64,000 nt of DNA from Candidatus Dormiibacterota bacterium (GTDB taxonomy: Bacteria > Chloroflexota > Limnocylindria > Limnocylindrales > CSP1-4). The position numbers and the translations under genes are program-made. The stretch covers positions 63,446 to 127,445 of the forward strand of contig DASQIK010000027.1 in assembly GCA_035631615.1 (NCBI GenBank), given 5' to 3'. How positions within the stretch are numbered: position 1 is the stretch's first letter; each line of letters begins with the position of its first letter. Shown in pieces: positions 35,777-45,503 of this stretch. The notes beneath the pieces are model-generated. The model saw only the letters and a list, made by a program, of their open reading frames with translations, did no database searches and was not told the origin of the DNA.

Positions 35777-38113
35777 ATGTTCACTCGCTGGGGCGCCTTC
35801 GTCTACCGCCGCCGCCGCTGGCTCGTGCTGGTCGCCTTCCTGATCGCCGGCGGGCTCGGCTCGCTCGCGGGCGGCGCAGCGTCGCACCTGACGAGCGGTG
35901 GCTGGCTCGACCCCAGCTCCCAATCGGCCCAGGTCGGGGACCGGCTCCAGGCCGACTTCGGTGGCGCACGCACGTCCTTCGTGGCCCTGTTCCGGTCGAG
36001 CGACCCGAATGCCGACGCGACCTCGGCGGCCTTCCAGGCCGCGATCGCGACAACCCTCGCTCCCGTGCGGAAGCTCGCCGGCGTGACCGGCGTCACCGGC
36101 TACGCGGAAACGCACGACGCTCGATTCATCAGCGTGAAGGGCGACGCGGCCTATGTCCTGATCGGGCTCGACGTCGACGAGGACAAGTCCATCTCGCTCG
36201 TCGATCCGGTCAAGCAGGCGCTCGCGACACCGAATGGCTACTCGGTGGCACTGACCGGGTTCGGGCCGGTGCAGCAGGATTCGCAGCGCCTCTCCGAGGC
36301 GGACCTGACGCGCGCGGAGACCGTCTCGCTGCCCATCGCGGCGATCGTGCTGATCCTGGTGTTCACCTCGCTGATCGCCGCGGGGATGCCGCTGCTGGTG
36401 GCGGGCCTCGCGATCCCCTCCTCCGTCGGGCTGATCGGGGTCCTGGCCCAGCGAACCGAGATGAGCATCTACGTCCTGAACATCGCGACGATGCTCGGGC
36501 TCGCGCTCGCGATCGACTACTCGCTCTTCCTGACGAGCCGATTCCGGGAGGAGCTGGCCCGCGGCCGGACCGTCGAGCAGGCCGTCGAGCGCGCCGTGGG
36601 AACCGCCGGCAAGGCGGTGCTGTTCTCGGGCGTGGCGGTCGCGATCGGACTCTCGGGGCTGCTCTGGTTCCGCGCCAGCGCCCTCAGCTCCATCGGCCTC
36701 GGCGGCGCGATCGTCGTCCTCGCCTCGGTGTTCTACAGCCTGACCTTCCTGCCGGCGATCCTCGGGATGCTCGGACCGCGCGTCAACTCGCTGTCCGTCG
36801 GCGGCCTCCTGCTGCGGCTCGGACTGCGGCGGGGCTCGCCCGACACCGCTCGGCGGTCGCGCTGGGAACGCGTCGCGCTCGGCGTGATGCGCCGACCGTT
36901 CGCGGTCCTGATCCCGGTCCTGGCGCTGCTGCTGATCGTCGGCTCGCCGTACCTGCGCCTGGCACAGGGCGTGCCCGACGCGACGGTGTACCCGGCCGGC
37001 GTCGCGAGTCGCGACGCGTGGGTCGCGCTCCAGACCGAGTTCCGCGCCGGCGAGACGACGCCGATCGTGATCCTGCTCGACACCACGGCCGATCCGACCA
37101 GCGCGGCGTCCATCGCCGCTGTCACCGCCGTCGCCGGCCGGCTCGCGGCCGTGGACGGCATCGATCGCGTCGAAGGCCCGTTCTCGATCACCGACCCGGC
37201 CACGGGCCAGCCCATGATGCCCGCCCAGGTGGCGCAGCTGTACGCGGCGCCCGCCGGATCGCTGCCGCCCGATGTCGCGGCGGCGGTGGCGAGACTCCGC
37301 GACGCCTACATTCGCGGCAACGAGGTCCAGCTGAACGCGATCAGCCCCCTGAAGTCATCGGAGCCGGCCGGCACCGAGGTGATCGCGCGCGTGCGGGCCG
37401 TCCCGCTCGACCAGCCGATCAGCCGGATGCAGGTTGGCGGCGCAGCGGCGCTCGGCGAGGACTTCCTGCTCAGCCAGTCGGATCGGATCCCGTGGGCGGT
37501 GGGCACGACCCTCCTTGCCTCCGCGATCATCCTGTTCCTGCTGTTCGGGTCACTGGCGATCCCGATCAAGGCCGTGGTCATGACGCTGCTGTCGCTCACG
37601 GCGAGCTTCGGCGCACTGGTCTGGATCTTCCAGGAGGGCAACCTCCACCAGCTGCTCAACTTCCAGCCGCTCGGCTACACGATCGCGGGCAACCCGGTGA
37701 TCATGTTTGCGGTGCTCATCGGGCTGTCGATGGACTACGAGGTGCTGCTCCTGTCGCGGATCCAGGAGTCGTATCGGCGAACCGGCGACAACGCCGCCGC
37801 CGTCGCCGACGGGCTTGCGCGCACCGCGGGCGTGATCACGGGGGCGGCGCTCATCATGGTCACGGTCTTCGCGGCGTTTGCGCTGGCCGACACGGTCACG
37901 ATCAAGAGCATCGGCGTCGGCATGGCCATCGCCGTGGCGCTCGACGCGACGATCGTCCGCGTGCTGCTCGTGCCCGCCACGATGCGCCTGCTGGGCAGGT
38001 GGAACTGGTGGGCACCCGGACCGCTCGGGCGGCTTGCGGCGCGCTTCGGGTTCAGCCACGTGGAGGACGAGGAGGACCTGGCCGCAGCGGCTGGAGCAAC
38101 CGCGCCGGCATAG
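35777..38113 (+). CDS. MMPL family transporter (RND superfamily)
   Basis: 778 aa with two TM bundles separated by periplasmic domains; N-terminus 'MFTRWGAFVYRRRRWLVLVAFLIAGGLGSLAGG' is typical of MMPL proteins. Confidence 0.75.
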   Translation: MFTRWGAFVYRRRRWLVLVAFLIAGGLGSLAGGAASHLTSGGWLDPSSQSAQVGDRLQADFGGARTSFVALFRSSDPNADATSAAFQAAIATTLAPVRKLAGVTGVTGYAETHDARFISVKGDAAYVLIGLDVDEDKSISLVDPVKQALATPNGYSVALTGFGPVQQDSQRLSEADLTRAETVSLPIAAIVLILVFTSLIAAGMPLLVAGLAIPSSVGLIGVLAQRTEMSIYVLNIATMLGLALAIDYSLFLTSRFREELARGRTVEQAVERAVGTAGKAVLFSGVAVAIGLSGLLWFRASALSSIGLGGAIVVLASVFYSLTFLPAILGMLGPRVNSLSVGGLLLRLGLRRGSPDTARRSRWERVALGVMRRPFAVLIPVLALLLIVGSPYLRLAQGVPDATVYPAGVASRDAWVALQTEFRAGETTPIVILLDTTADPTSAASIAAVTAVAGRLAAVDGIDRVEGPFSITDPATGQPMMPAQVAQLYAAPAGSLPPDVAAAVARLRDAYIRGNEVQLNAISPLKSSEPAGTEVIARVRAVPLDQPISRMQVGGAAALGEDFLLSQSDRIPWAVGTTLLASAIILFLLFGSLAIPIKAVVMTLLSLTASFGALVWIFQEGNLHQLLNFQPLGYTIAGNPVIMFAVLIGLSMDYEVLLLSRIQESYRRTGDNAAAVADGLARTAGVITGAALIMVTVFAAFALADTVTIKSIGVGMAIAVALDATIVRVLLVPATMRLLGRWNWWAPGPLGRLAARFGFSHVEDEEDLAAAAGATAPA

Positions 38114-38143
38114 CCACCACCAGGAGGAGGAGGAGGCCCGGAC

Positions 38144-38701
38144 ATGGACACCCAGGAACAAGGTCAACCGCAGCCCGCCGCGGGGACGCCTCCGCCGGAG
38201 AGCGGCCCCGTCCGGTCGTACCGATGGGAATGGGGCCGCGAGGAGGATCGGCGGCCGCAGCTGCCGTGGATCGGCATCTTCATCCTCGTGTACGGCGTGC
38301 TGCTGCTCGTCGCCCGGCTGGCGCCGCAGTACCTCGTCGGGAGCAACCTGCTCGTCCTCGCCGCCGGCCTGGCGTTCCTGATCGCATGGCTCGTCCGGCG
38401 CGGCACCTTCGCGCTGTATGCCGGCGCGTTCCTCACCGCGTCCGCGGTGCCGGGCCTGGTCGGGAGCCTCGGCTACGACCTCGGCCAGGGATTCGGCACG
38501 CTGTGCTACGGCGTCGCCTTCCTGTTCGTCGCCCTGGTTCGGGTGTCTCGCGGCGGCGGGATCGGGTGGCAGGCGCTGATCGGCGTGCTCCTCGTGGCGC
38601 TCGGCGGCTCGCAGATGGCCCTGCCGGATGCGGCGTCCCTCGTGCTCCCCATCCTGCTCGTGGCGCTGGGCCTGGTCCTGCTCACCCGGGGACGCGGCTA
38701 G
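38144..38701 (+). CDS. hypothetical membrane protein
   Basis: RBS GGAGGAGGAGGAGG precedes the ATG. Polar N-terminus then 4-5 TM helices. Confidence 0.45.
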   Translation: MDTQEQGQPQPAAGTPPPESGPVRSYRWEWGREEDRRPQLPWIGIFILVYGVLLLVARLAPQYLVGSNLLVLAAGLAFLIAWLVRRGTFALYAGAFLTASAVPGLVGSLGYDLGQGFGTLCYGVAFLFVALVRVSRGGGIGWQALIGVLLVALGGSQMALPDAASLVLPILLVALGLVLLTRGRG

Positions 38702-38714
38702 CGCCTCCCGGCGC

Positions 38715-40049
38715 TCAGGCGACGGCGGCCGCCAGAGCGACGTCGATCGCGGTCGCGAGCCGGTCGACGATCGCCGTCAGCTCGTGGTCCGTGACAACGA
38801 ACGGCGGCCCGAGGACGATCGCGTCGCCGTTCGTGCCGTCGGCGAGGCCGGTGCTCGGGTAGAGGAGGACGCCTGCCCTGCGCCCGGCGCGGAGCACGCC
38901 CTCCGTGACCTTTTCGGCGCGCGGGAAGGGGGCGCGGGTCTCTCGATCCGCTACGAGCTCGACGCCGAGCAACAGGCCCCGTCCGCGGATGTCGCCCACG
39001 TGGGGATGGTCGCCGAGGCGCTCGCGCAGGCGTGCGAGCAGGACCTCGCCCTTGTCGGCGGCCGCCTCGACGAGGCCCTCCGACTCGAGGATGCGCAGGA
39101 CCTCGCCGGCGACGGCCGCGCCGACGGCATGGTGGGAGTACGTGAACCCATGCACGAAGCCCGGGCCGTCCATGATCGCATCGAAGACCGCGCCCGATGC
39201 CGCGACCAGCCCGAACGGGATGTAGCCGGATGCACCCCCCTTGGCGCCGACCAGGATGTCCGGGCGGATTCCCCAGTGGTCGATCCCGAACCAGCGGCCC
39301 GTCCGTCCGAAGCCCGTCATGACCTCGTCGGCGATGAGCAGGACGCCGTGGCGGCGGCAGACCTCCGCGATCGCCGCCCAATAGCCGTCCGGCGGGACCG
39401 CGGCGGCGAGCGTCGCGCCGACGATGGGCTCGGCAACGAACGCCGCGACCGTGCCCGGACCGGCGGCGGTGATCGCCTGGTCGAGCTCGGCGGCCAGCTC
39501 GTCGGCGTCCCCGAGGGCGTTCGCGCCGGGCTCGCCCGCGCGGTACGGGTAGGCGGCGGAGACATGCCGGAACCGCCCGAGCCAGGCCTCGTATGGCCTC
39601 CGGAGCGGCTTTCGCCCCGACAGGTCGAGGGCGCCGAGCGTGTTGCCGTGATAGCTCCCCCACCGGGCGATCACGATCCAGCGCTCGGTCTCGCCTCGGG
39701 CGACGTGGTAGGTCCGCGCGAGCTTGAGCGCGGACTCCATCGCCTCGGAGCCGCCGGCGACCGGATAGATCGCCGGATCGTCCATGGGCAGGTGCGGCGC
39801 GAGCGCGGCAGCGTAGCGCTCCAGCGGCTCGGTCGTGAACGCCGTGCCGTGTGCATAGGCGACGCGCGACGCCTGGTCGGCCATCACCCGCGCGATCGAT
39901 TCCCGACCGTGCCCCACCCCGACAACGACCGCCCCACCCGCGGCGTCGAGGTAGGCGTTGCCGTCGGCATCCCAGATCGTCGCGCCCTCGGCGCGGACCG
40001 CGACGGGTTGCGTGGCGTCGGTCGAGCGGCGGAAGACGCGGCCAGTCAT
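38715..40049 (-). CDS. class III (omega) aminotransferase, PLP-dependent
   Basis: 'LIADEVMTGFGRTGRWFG' (PLP-lysine region analogue), 'YHGNTLGAL', and 'FTYSHHAVGAAVA'. Start at internal Met 'MTGRVFRRSTD'; N-terminal extension rejected. Confidence 0.8.
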   Translation of the reverse strand: MTGRVFRRSTDATQPVAVRAEGATIWDADGNAYLDAAGGAVVVGVGHGRESIARVMADQASRVAYAHGTAFTTEPLERYAAALAPHLPMDDPAIYPVAGGSEAMESALKLARTYHVARGETERWIVIARWGSYHGNTLGALDLSGRKPLRRPYEAWLGRFRHVSAAYPYRAGEPGANALGDADELAAELDQAITAAGPGTVAAFVAEPIVGATLAAAVPPDGYWAAIAEVCRRHGVLLIADEVMTGFGRTGRWFGIDHWGIRPDILVGAKGGASGYIPFGLVAASGAVFDAIMDGPGFVHGFTYSHHAVGAAVAGEVLRILESEGLVEAAADKGEVLLARLRERLGDHPHVGDIRGRGLLLGVELVADRETRAPFPRAEKVTEGVLRAGRRAGVLLYPSTGLADGTNGDAIVLGPPFVVTDHELTAIVDRLATAIDVALAAAVA

Positions 40050-40064
40050 CGAGGGCGAAGCATA

Positions 40065-40117
40065 GGTCGCGGCATCGGTCGCGGCGGCGGTCGCGGCATC
40101 GGTCGCGGCGGCGGCGG
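40065..40117. repeat. short tandem repeat (GGTCGCGGCATC/GGTCGCGGCGGC)x2
   Basis: Directly visible 24-nt unit repeated twice in the divergent intergenic region between the aminotransferase and the GT39 gene. Confidence 0.5.
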
Positions 40118-40271
40118 GCCGAGTGGTGCCGGCCTCAGCCCGTGGTCGTCGGTCGATGGGGTGCTGGTCACCGGGGGGATGTACGCCCTGACATCCGATC
40201 GGCGGACAAGCCCAGTCGCAGGGGTTTCTCAGAATCGGGCGCGATCGTGGGCGGCAGCAATTCGGCCGACC

Positions 40272-42362
40272 ATGCCTCCGGGAGTTCCACGCGCAGTGAC
40301 GAGCGAGACCACCGCCCACGTCGCCGACGATCTCGGCCTGACCCTGCCCGGCGCGTGGCCGGGGCTGCGTCCGGCGCCGGAGGAGCGAACGATCGTACCG
40401 AGCCCCCATCCGCTCGGGCTGTCGGTGGCGCAGGAGGTCGTGCTTGGTCGGGCGGCCGTCGCGACACTGCTCCTGGCCACGGGCGTGCTCTACCTGTGGG
40501 ACCTGGGTGCCTCCGGCTGGGCGAATGCGTATTACTCGGCAGCCGCGCTCGCCGGCTCCCAGAGCTGGCTCGCGTTCCTGTTCGGGTCGTTCGACCCCGG
40601 CAACGCGATCACCGTCGACAAGACGCCCGCCGCCCTGTGGGTCATGTCGCTGAGCGTTCGAATCTTCGGGTTGAGCGCATGGAGCATCCTCGTGCCGCAG
40701 GCCCTGATGGGCGTCGGCGCCGTCGGCCTCCTGTACGCGACCGTCTCGCGCGTCGCCGGCAGGCTGGCCGGCCTCGTCGCCGGGGCGACGCTGGCGCTCA
40801 CGCCGGTCGCGACGCTGATGTTCCGGTTCAACAACCCGGACGCGCTGCTCGTCCTGCTCCTGGTCGCCGCCGCGTACGCGCTCACCCGCGCCATCGAGGC
40901 CGGGTCGACTCGGTGGATCGTGCTCGCCGGCACGCTCGTCGGCCTCGGGTTCCTGGCCAAGATGCTCCAGGCGTTCCTCGTGATCCCGGCGTTCACCCTC
41001 GTGTACCTGTGGGCAGCGCCGACCCCGCCGCTCAGGCGTGTCGTGCAGGTCGCGGCGGCCGGCGTCGCCGTGATCGTGTCATCGGGCTGGTTCGTCGCGC
41101 TCGCGGTGCTCTGGCCGGCCGCAAGCCGGCCCTTCATCGGCGGCTCGCAGACCAACAGCATCATCGACCTGATGCTCGGCTACAACGGCCTCGGGCGGAT
41201 CAGCGGCAACGAGGTCGGCCGCGTCGGCGGCGGCAACCCGTTCACGAATGGCGTCGGGCTGCTCCGGCTGTTCCAGGGCGAGGTCGGCACCGAGATCGCG
41301 TGGCTGTTGCCGCTGGCAACGCTGGCTGCCGTCGCGATCGTCGTTGCGCGCCGATCGGCGCCGAGGACCGATGCGATTCGCGCCCAGGCGCTCCTCTGGG
41401 GCGGCTGGCTCGGGGTGACCGGCCTCGTCTTCAGCCTGATGCAGGGCATCTTCCACGAGTACTACACCGTCGCCCTCGCCCCGGCGATCGGCGCGCTGGT
41501 GGGCATCGGTGTCGCCCTTGCGTGGCGCCATCGGGACCGCAACGAGGTCCGAATCGCCAGTGCCGCGGCGCTCGTCGTCTCGTCAGGCTGGGCCATCCAC
41601 GTCCTGTCGCTCAGCCCGACCTGGAACCCCTGGCTCGTGCCACTACTCCTCGGCAGTGCCACCGCGGCGATCGCGCTGGTGCTCCTCGCGCCACTCGTTC
41701 GACCCGCGCTCGCGCCGGTCGCACTGGCGGCGGCTGTCACCGTGCTCCTGCTCGTCCCTGGCGTCGCCTCCGTCGCCACGGCCGCCGAGCCACACAGCGG
41801 CGCGCTGCCGGTGGCGGCGCCGCGGGCGACCGTCGATGTCGGCCGCGCGCTGATTCGACTTTTCGGCAACGGCGGGTTCGGCGGGTTCGGCTCGAACGGG
41901 ACGCCGCCGGGCGGCTTCGGCCAGGGCGGCTCCGGTCCCGGTGCGTTCGGCCAGGGTGGCTTCCCCGGCGGCCCGGGCCAGGGCGGCGTCGGCGGCCTCC
42001 TCGACGCCTCGGCTGCGAGCCCGAGCCTCGTCGCGGCGCTCAAGGCGGATGCCGGCCGGTATATGTGGACCGCCGCGACGACCGGCTCGAACAACGCGGC
42101 CGGGCTCGCCCTGTCCTCGGAAACCTCGGTCATGGCAATCGGCGGTTTCAACGGCTCGGATCCGTCACCGACGCTGGAACAGTTCAAGGCGGACGTCGCC
42201 GCCGGCAGGATCCACTACTACGTCGCGACCCAGGACGCGGCAGGGTTCCGTGGCACGCAGGGCGGCTCCAGCGTGGCCCGCCAGATCGCGACGTGGATCG
42301 AGCAGACGTTTGCGCCGGAGAGGATCGGTGGCGTGACCGTCTACGACCTGTCGGCGCGGTAG
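40272..42362 (+). CDS. glycosyltransferase family 39-like (ArnT/PMT-type polyprenyl-phosphate-sugar transferase) with Gly-rich C-terminal tail
   Basis: N-terminal 'RAAVATLLLATGVLYLWDLGASGWANAYY', ~12 TM segments, and a C-terminal soluble domain. The tail contains 'GNGGFGGFGSNGTPPGGFGQGGSGPGAFGQGGFPGGPGQGGVGG'. Confidence 0.6.
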   Translation: MPPGVPRAVTSETTAHVADDLGLTLPGAWPGLRPAPEERTIVPSPHPLGLSVAQEVVLGRAAVATLLLATGVLYLWDLGASGWANAYYSAAALAGSQSWLAFLFGSFDPGNAITVDKTPAALWVMSLSVRIFGLSAWSILVPQALMGVGAVGLLYATVSRVAGRLAGLVAGATLALTPVATLMFRFNNPDALLVLLLVAAAYALTRAIEAGSTRWIVLAGTLVGLGFLAKMLQAFLVIPAFTLVYLWAAPTPPLRRVVQVAAAGVAVIVSSGWFVALAVLWPAASRPFIGGSQTNSIIDLMLGYNGLGRISGNEVGRVGGGNPFTNGVGLLRLFQGEVGTEIAWLLPLATLAAVAIVVARRSAPRTDAIRAQALLWGGWLGVTGLVFSLMQGIFHEYYTVALAPAIGALVGIGVALAWRHRDRNEVRIASAAALVVSSGWAIHVLSLSPTWNPWLVPLLLGSATAAIALVLLAPLVRPALAPVALAAAVTVLLLVPGVASVATAAEPHSGALPVAAPRATVDVGRALIRLFGNGGFGGFGSNGTPPGGFGQGGSGPGAFGQGGFPGGPGQGGVGGLLDASAASPSLVAALKADAGRYMWTAATTGSNNAAGLALSSETSVMAIGGFNGSDPSPTLEQFKADVAAGRIHYYVATQDAAGFRGTQGGSSVARQIATWIEQTFAPERIGGVTVYDLSAR

Positions 42363-42446
42363 CGTCGCTGCCAGCGCGGGCAGGGAACGGCCCACTGTGC
42401 GATGGTTGCCCGGATCGACATCGCATCGGACGGGAGATCCAGACCC

Positions 42447-42641
42447 ATGAAACGAACCATTGCCATCCTGCTCGCCGTGCTCGGCGCCGTCACCGTCGCA
42501 GGCGTCCTCGTGACGCTCACGCGGACTGGTTCCCTCCAGTCCGGCCTTCGCCGCCTCGATCCCCGGCGGACGGTCGGCCAGGAGATCGCCGACGACCTCG
42601 ACGACGCCGCCAGGTCCGCGGCGAACGAGCTCCAGGCCTGA
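42447..42641 (+). CDS. small single-TM membrane protein (paralog of 56996..57178)
   Basis: RBS GGGAG precedes ATG. 'MKRTIAILLAVLGAVTVAGVLVTLTRTG...' is similar to 'MKRTLTILFAILAAITVTGVFVQLAKSG...' at 56996. Confidence 0.4.
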   Translation: MKRTIAILLAVLGAVTVAGVLVTLTRTGSLQSGLRRLDPRRTVGQEIADDLDDAARSAANELQA

Positions 42642-42648
42642 TCCCGCC

Positions 42649-42665
42649 GCCCGGCACGGCCGGGC
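42649..42665 (+). terminator. candidate stem-loop terminator (GCCCGGC-ACG-GCCGGGC)
   Basis: A 7-bp GC stem starts 8 nt after the stop codon; there is no clear U-tract, so it is weak. Confidence 0.2.
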
Positions 42666-42861
42666 ATTGATCCGCGGCAGGTGCCGGGCGTATGCGTCCT
42701 CGATGCGTCGCCCGGCATCGCGTTTTCGGGTCCCGTGGTACCCCAGGCCGCCGGGCGCACGCCCTGCCGGTCGATCAGGCGATCCGACCGATCCGATTCA
42801 GGCCGGCTGACCCTGTCCGGGACGGCCCGCAGGGTTCAGGCTGGCGGGCGAAGGAGGCGCC

Positions 42862-43359
42862 ATGCACGCCGTAGTGGTGTTCGAATCGCACTGGGGCAAC
42901 ACCGAGGCGGTTGCGCGGGCAATCGCCGAAGGATTGGGAGAGAACGCGCTCGCACTGACGACCGACCAGGCGACGGAAACTGCCCTCGAATGCGCCGACC
43001 TCATCGTCGCGGGCTCGCCGGTGATGATGTTCGGGCTCCCGACGGACAAGGTCGTGGAAGGCCTCGAGGCCGGGTCGGACGACCCGGCGCCGGATGTCAC
43101 CCATCCAACCATTCGCACGTGGCTCTCACGGCTACCACGAGGTTCGGCACGCAGTGCCGCGTTCGAGACGAAGCTCCGCTGGTCGCCGAGCCACGGTGCG
43201 AGCTCGATCGACAAGGCGTTCGAGTCCCTTGGCTACCGCCGCCTGCTGCCGCCGATGAAGTTCCTCGTCGAAGGCAAGCGCGGCCCGCTGAAGAGCGGGG
43301 AGATCGAGCGAGCGCGAGCCTGGGGCACCTCGCTCGCGCGGGCCCTGCCCACAGCCTGA
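42862..43359 (+). CDS. flavodoxin-like fold protein
   Basis: RBS AGGAGG precedes ATG. 'MHAVVVFESHWGNTEAVARAIAEGL' is a flavodoxin-type N-terminal FMN-binding loop. Confidence 0.55.
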   Translation: MHAVVVFESHWGNTEAVARAIAEGLGENALALTTDQATETALECADLIVAGSPVMMFGLPTDKVVEGLEAGSDDPAPDVTHPTIRTWLSRLPRGSARSAAFETKLRWSPSHGASSIDKAFESLGYRRLLPPMKFLVEGKRGPLKSGEIERARAWGTSLARALPTA

Positions 43360-43465
43360 GCCCACCCAGCGCCGAGAGCCGGACCCGGGCGCCATAGCGA
43401 AGTCGAACTTGCGTCCCACAGCGGCGGGTGCGGCTCCGGCGCTCCAGCAGGTGTTTCGTGCCGGA

Positions 43466-44632
43466 TCACACGCGGCCACGTGGAACCGTGTGGAAGTACG
43501 TCTTGTTGAACACGATCTTCCCTAGGTGCCACATGGCGTTCGGCTTGGGCGGCGTCGGCGGATGCTCGTAGTCGAACCGCAGAAGCGTGCCCTTGCCGTC
43601 GCCGACCTCGAAGAAGCACATGACCCGCCCCTCGTAGAAGGCGTGTTTGCCCGTCGGCGCGCGACCCTCGATCGCGGCAGCGATGCCCTCGACCACGACA
43701 GGCGCCTCGAAGTGCGCGGTCGAGCCTGCCTTCGAGAGGGGCAGGTCGGTCGCGTCGCCGAGCGCGAAGACGTTCGGGCGGCCGCCCACCCGGAGGGTGT
43801 GGCGATCGGTTGGGAGCCATCCGCCCGGGGCAGGCGCCAGGCCTGAGTCGATGACGAGCTGCTGGCCCTTGTGCGGCGGCACGAGCACGAGGAGGTCGTA
43901 GGACAGCTCCTCGCCCTCGAGGCTGAGGATCACCTTCCGCTCGGGATCGATCGCCTCGACGTTGAAGAACGTGTGGAGCTCGATGCCCTTCTTCTCGAGG
44001 ATCGGGGTTGCCATCTCCGAGACGCTTTCGATGGTGAACGCACGCCCGATGGGCGAGCAGAAGTGGACCTCGCTCGTGTCGCGCAGGCCGCGCTCGCGCA
44101 GCTCGGACTCGATCAGGAAGGCGACCTCGAGCGGCGCCGGCGGGCACTTGTAGGGCATCGCGGCGATCCCGACGACGACCCTGCCGCCGGTGAACGCGTC
44201 GAGCGCGTGGCGGAGGTGGAGCGCGGCGGCCGCCGTATAGAAGTGCTCGGCCTCCGTGTCGAAGTGCTCGATCTCCTCCGGGACGATCCGGCAGCCGGTC
44301 GCGAGGACAAGATAGTCGTACGGGAGCTGGGTTCCGCTCGCGAGGTGGGCGCAGCGTTGGAACTCGTCGACCCGCGTCGCGGTATCGACGATCAGGTTGA
44401 CCGGCGCGTCGAGGAGCGAGCGCTCGGAGCGCGACAGGCGCTGCTCGCGCTCGCCGCCCATCGCGATGTACATGAAGCCCGGCTGGTAGATGTGCGCGCC
44501 CAGCGCGTCGACGAGCGTCAGGTCGACCTCGCCGCGCGCGATGCGCCTGCCGAGCTTGCGGGCGAGCAGGTTCGCCGTCAGCGTGCCGCCGACGCCGCCG
44601 CCGAGGATGACGATGCGGTCCACTGCGGTCAC
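43466..44632 (-). CDS. sqr: sulfide:quinone oxidoreductase / flavocytochrome-c sulfide dehydrogenase family FAD-dependent oxidoreductase
   Basis: 'RIVILGGGVGGTLTAN' FAD-binding GxGxxG; 'MPYKCPPAPLE' (Cys in the SQR/FccB active-site region); 'VFALGDATD'. GTG start 'VTAVDRIV'. Confidence 0.7.
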   Translation of the reverse strand: MTAVDRIVILGGGVGGTLTANLLARKLGRRIARGEVDLTLVDALGAHIYQPGFMYIAMGGEREQRLSRSERSLLDAPVNLIVDTATRVDEFQRCAHLASGTQLPYDYLVLATGCRIVPEEIEHFDTEAEHFYTAAAALHLRHALDAFTGGRVVVGIAAMPYKCPPAPLEVAFLIESELRERGLRDTSEVHFCSPIGRAFTIESVSEMATPILEKKGIELHTFFNVEAIDPERKVILSLEGEELSYDLLVLVPPHKGQQLVIDSGLAPAPGGWLPTDRHTLRVGGRPNVFALGDATDLPLSKAGSTAHFEAPVVVEGIAAAIEGRAPTGKHAFYEGRVMCFFEVGDGKGTLLRFDYEHPPTPPKPNAMWHLGKIVFNKTYFHTVPRGRV

Positions 44633-44883
44633 CGCGCCTTCTGGACGACGATCTCGTCGTAGCCGTCGAGCGAGTCGACCGAGATGAGCCTGTGCCCGGC
44701 CTTCTCGGCCCACTTCGGGATATCGATCTTCGAGCCCTTGTCCGACGAGCGGACGACGATCACGTCGCCGACCTGGGACTCGCGGATCGCCCGGATCAGC
44801 TCCATCAGGGGTCCGGGGCAGAAGCTGCCACGGGCATCGACGGTGCGGGTGACGACGTGGCTGCTATCGAGGATGGCGGTCAT
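44629..44883 (-). CDS. tusA: TusA-like sulfurtransferase (SirA/YedF/YeeD family)
   Basis: CPxP motif 'GSFCPGPLMEL'; 84 aa; overlaps the sqr start by 4 nt. Confidence 0.7.
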   Translation of the reverse strand: MTAILDSSHVVTRTVDARGSFCPGPLMELIRAIRESQVGDVIVVRSSDKGSKIDIPKWAEKAGHRLISVDSLDGYDEIVVQKAR

Positions 44884-44909
44884 GGCGAGACTCCCTGGTT
44901 CAAGTTCGG

Positions 44910-45503
44910 TCAGATGAAGAGAGGTGCTGCGCCGTTGGCGAGCAGCTCGATGACGGTCGCGGCCCCGACGGGCTCGCCCATGCCCTCGATCATGTCCTCG
45001 CGCTCGAGGCCGAACATGTCCATGGTCATCTGGCAGGGCATGAACTCGACGCCGAGCGCAATCGCCGCCTCGAGCAGCTCCTTGGGCTTGGCGACGCCGT
45101 ACTGCTTGGCGAGCGTGCCCATCATCCACGGGCCCATGCCCAGGAAGTTCATCTTCGAGAGCTTGCGGTGGCTGATGCCCGGGCGCTGCATCACCGAAAG
45201 CATCTTCTGCATCCAGCCCTGGCCGGTGATCCGGACGTCGTCCTTCACGAACGCCTGGAGGCCCCAGAAGGTCAGGAACATCTTGGTCGGCACGCCGCTC
45301 GCGGCGGCGGTGCTCGCGAGGATCAGCGAGGCCCACGTCTTCTCGAGATCGCCGCTGTAGCAGATGATCACGAGGTCGCGGGGCTGCTTGTCGTCGTGGC
45401 GGGCCTGAAAGGCCTCGGTGAAGGCCTCGGGCACGCCCTCGGCGTCGGCGATCGCCTCCGCGATGGGGTTGAACGGGCTGGCGGCTGGCATCACGGGCCT
45501 CAC
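44910..45503 (-). CDS. DsrE/DsrF-like family sulfur-relay protein
   Basis: 'LVIICYSGDLEKTWASLILASTAAASGVPTKMFLTFWGLQAF' shows the DsrE-like fold signature. Start overlaps the upstream tusA stop (ATGA). Confidence 0.6.
   Translation of the reverse strand: MRPVMPAASPFNPIAEAIADAEGVPEAFTEAFQARHDDKQPRDLVIICYSGDLEKTWASLILASTAAASGVPTKMFLTFWGLQAFVKDDVRITGQGWMQKMLSVMQRPGISHRKLSKMNFLGMGPWMMGTLAKQYGVAKPKELLEAAIALGVEFMPCQMTMDMFGLEREDMIEGMGEPVGAATVIELLANGAAPLFI

Noticed and set aside
38628-40271. N-terminal 548-aa extension of the 1244-aa ORF 38628..42362
   Set aside because: This portion is antisense to the class III aminotransferase and Arg-rich. The GT39-like protein plausibly starts at ATG 40272, just before its first TM helix.
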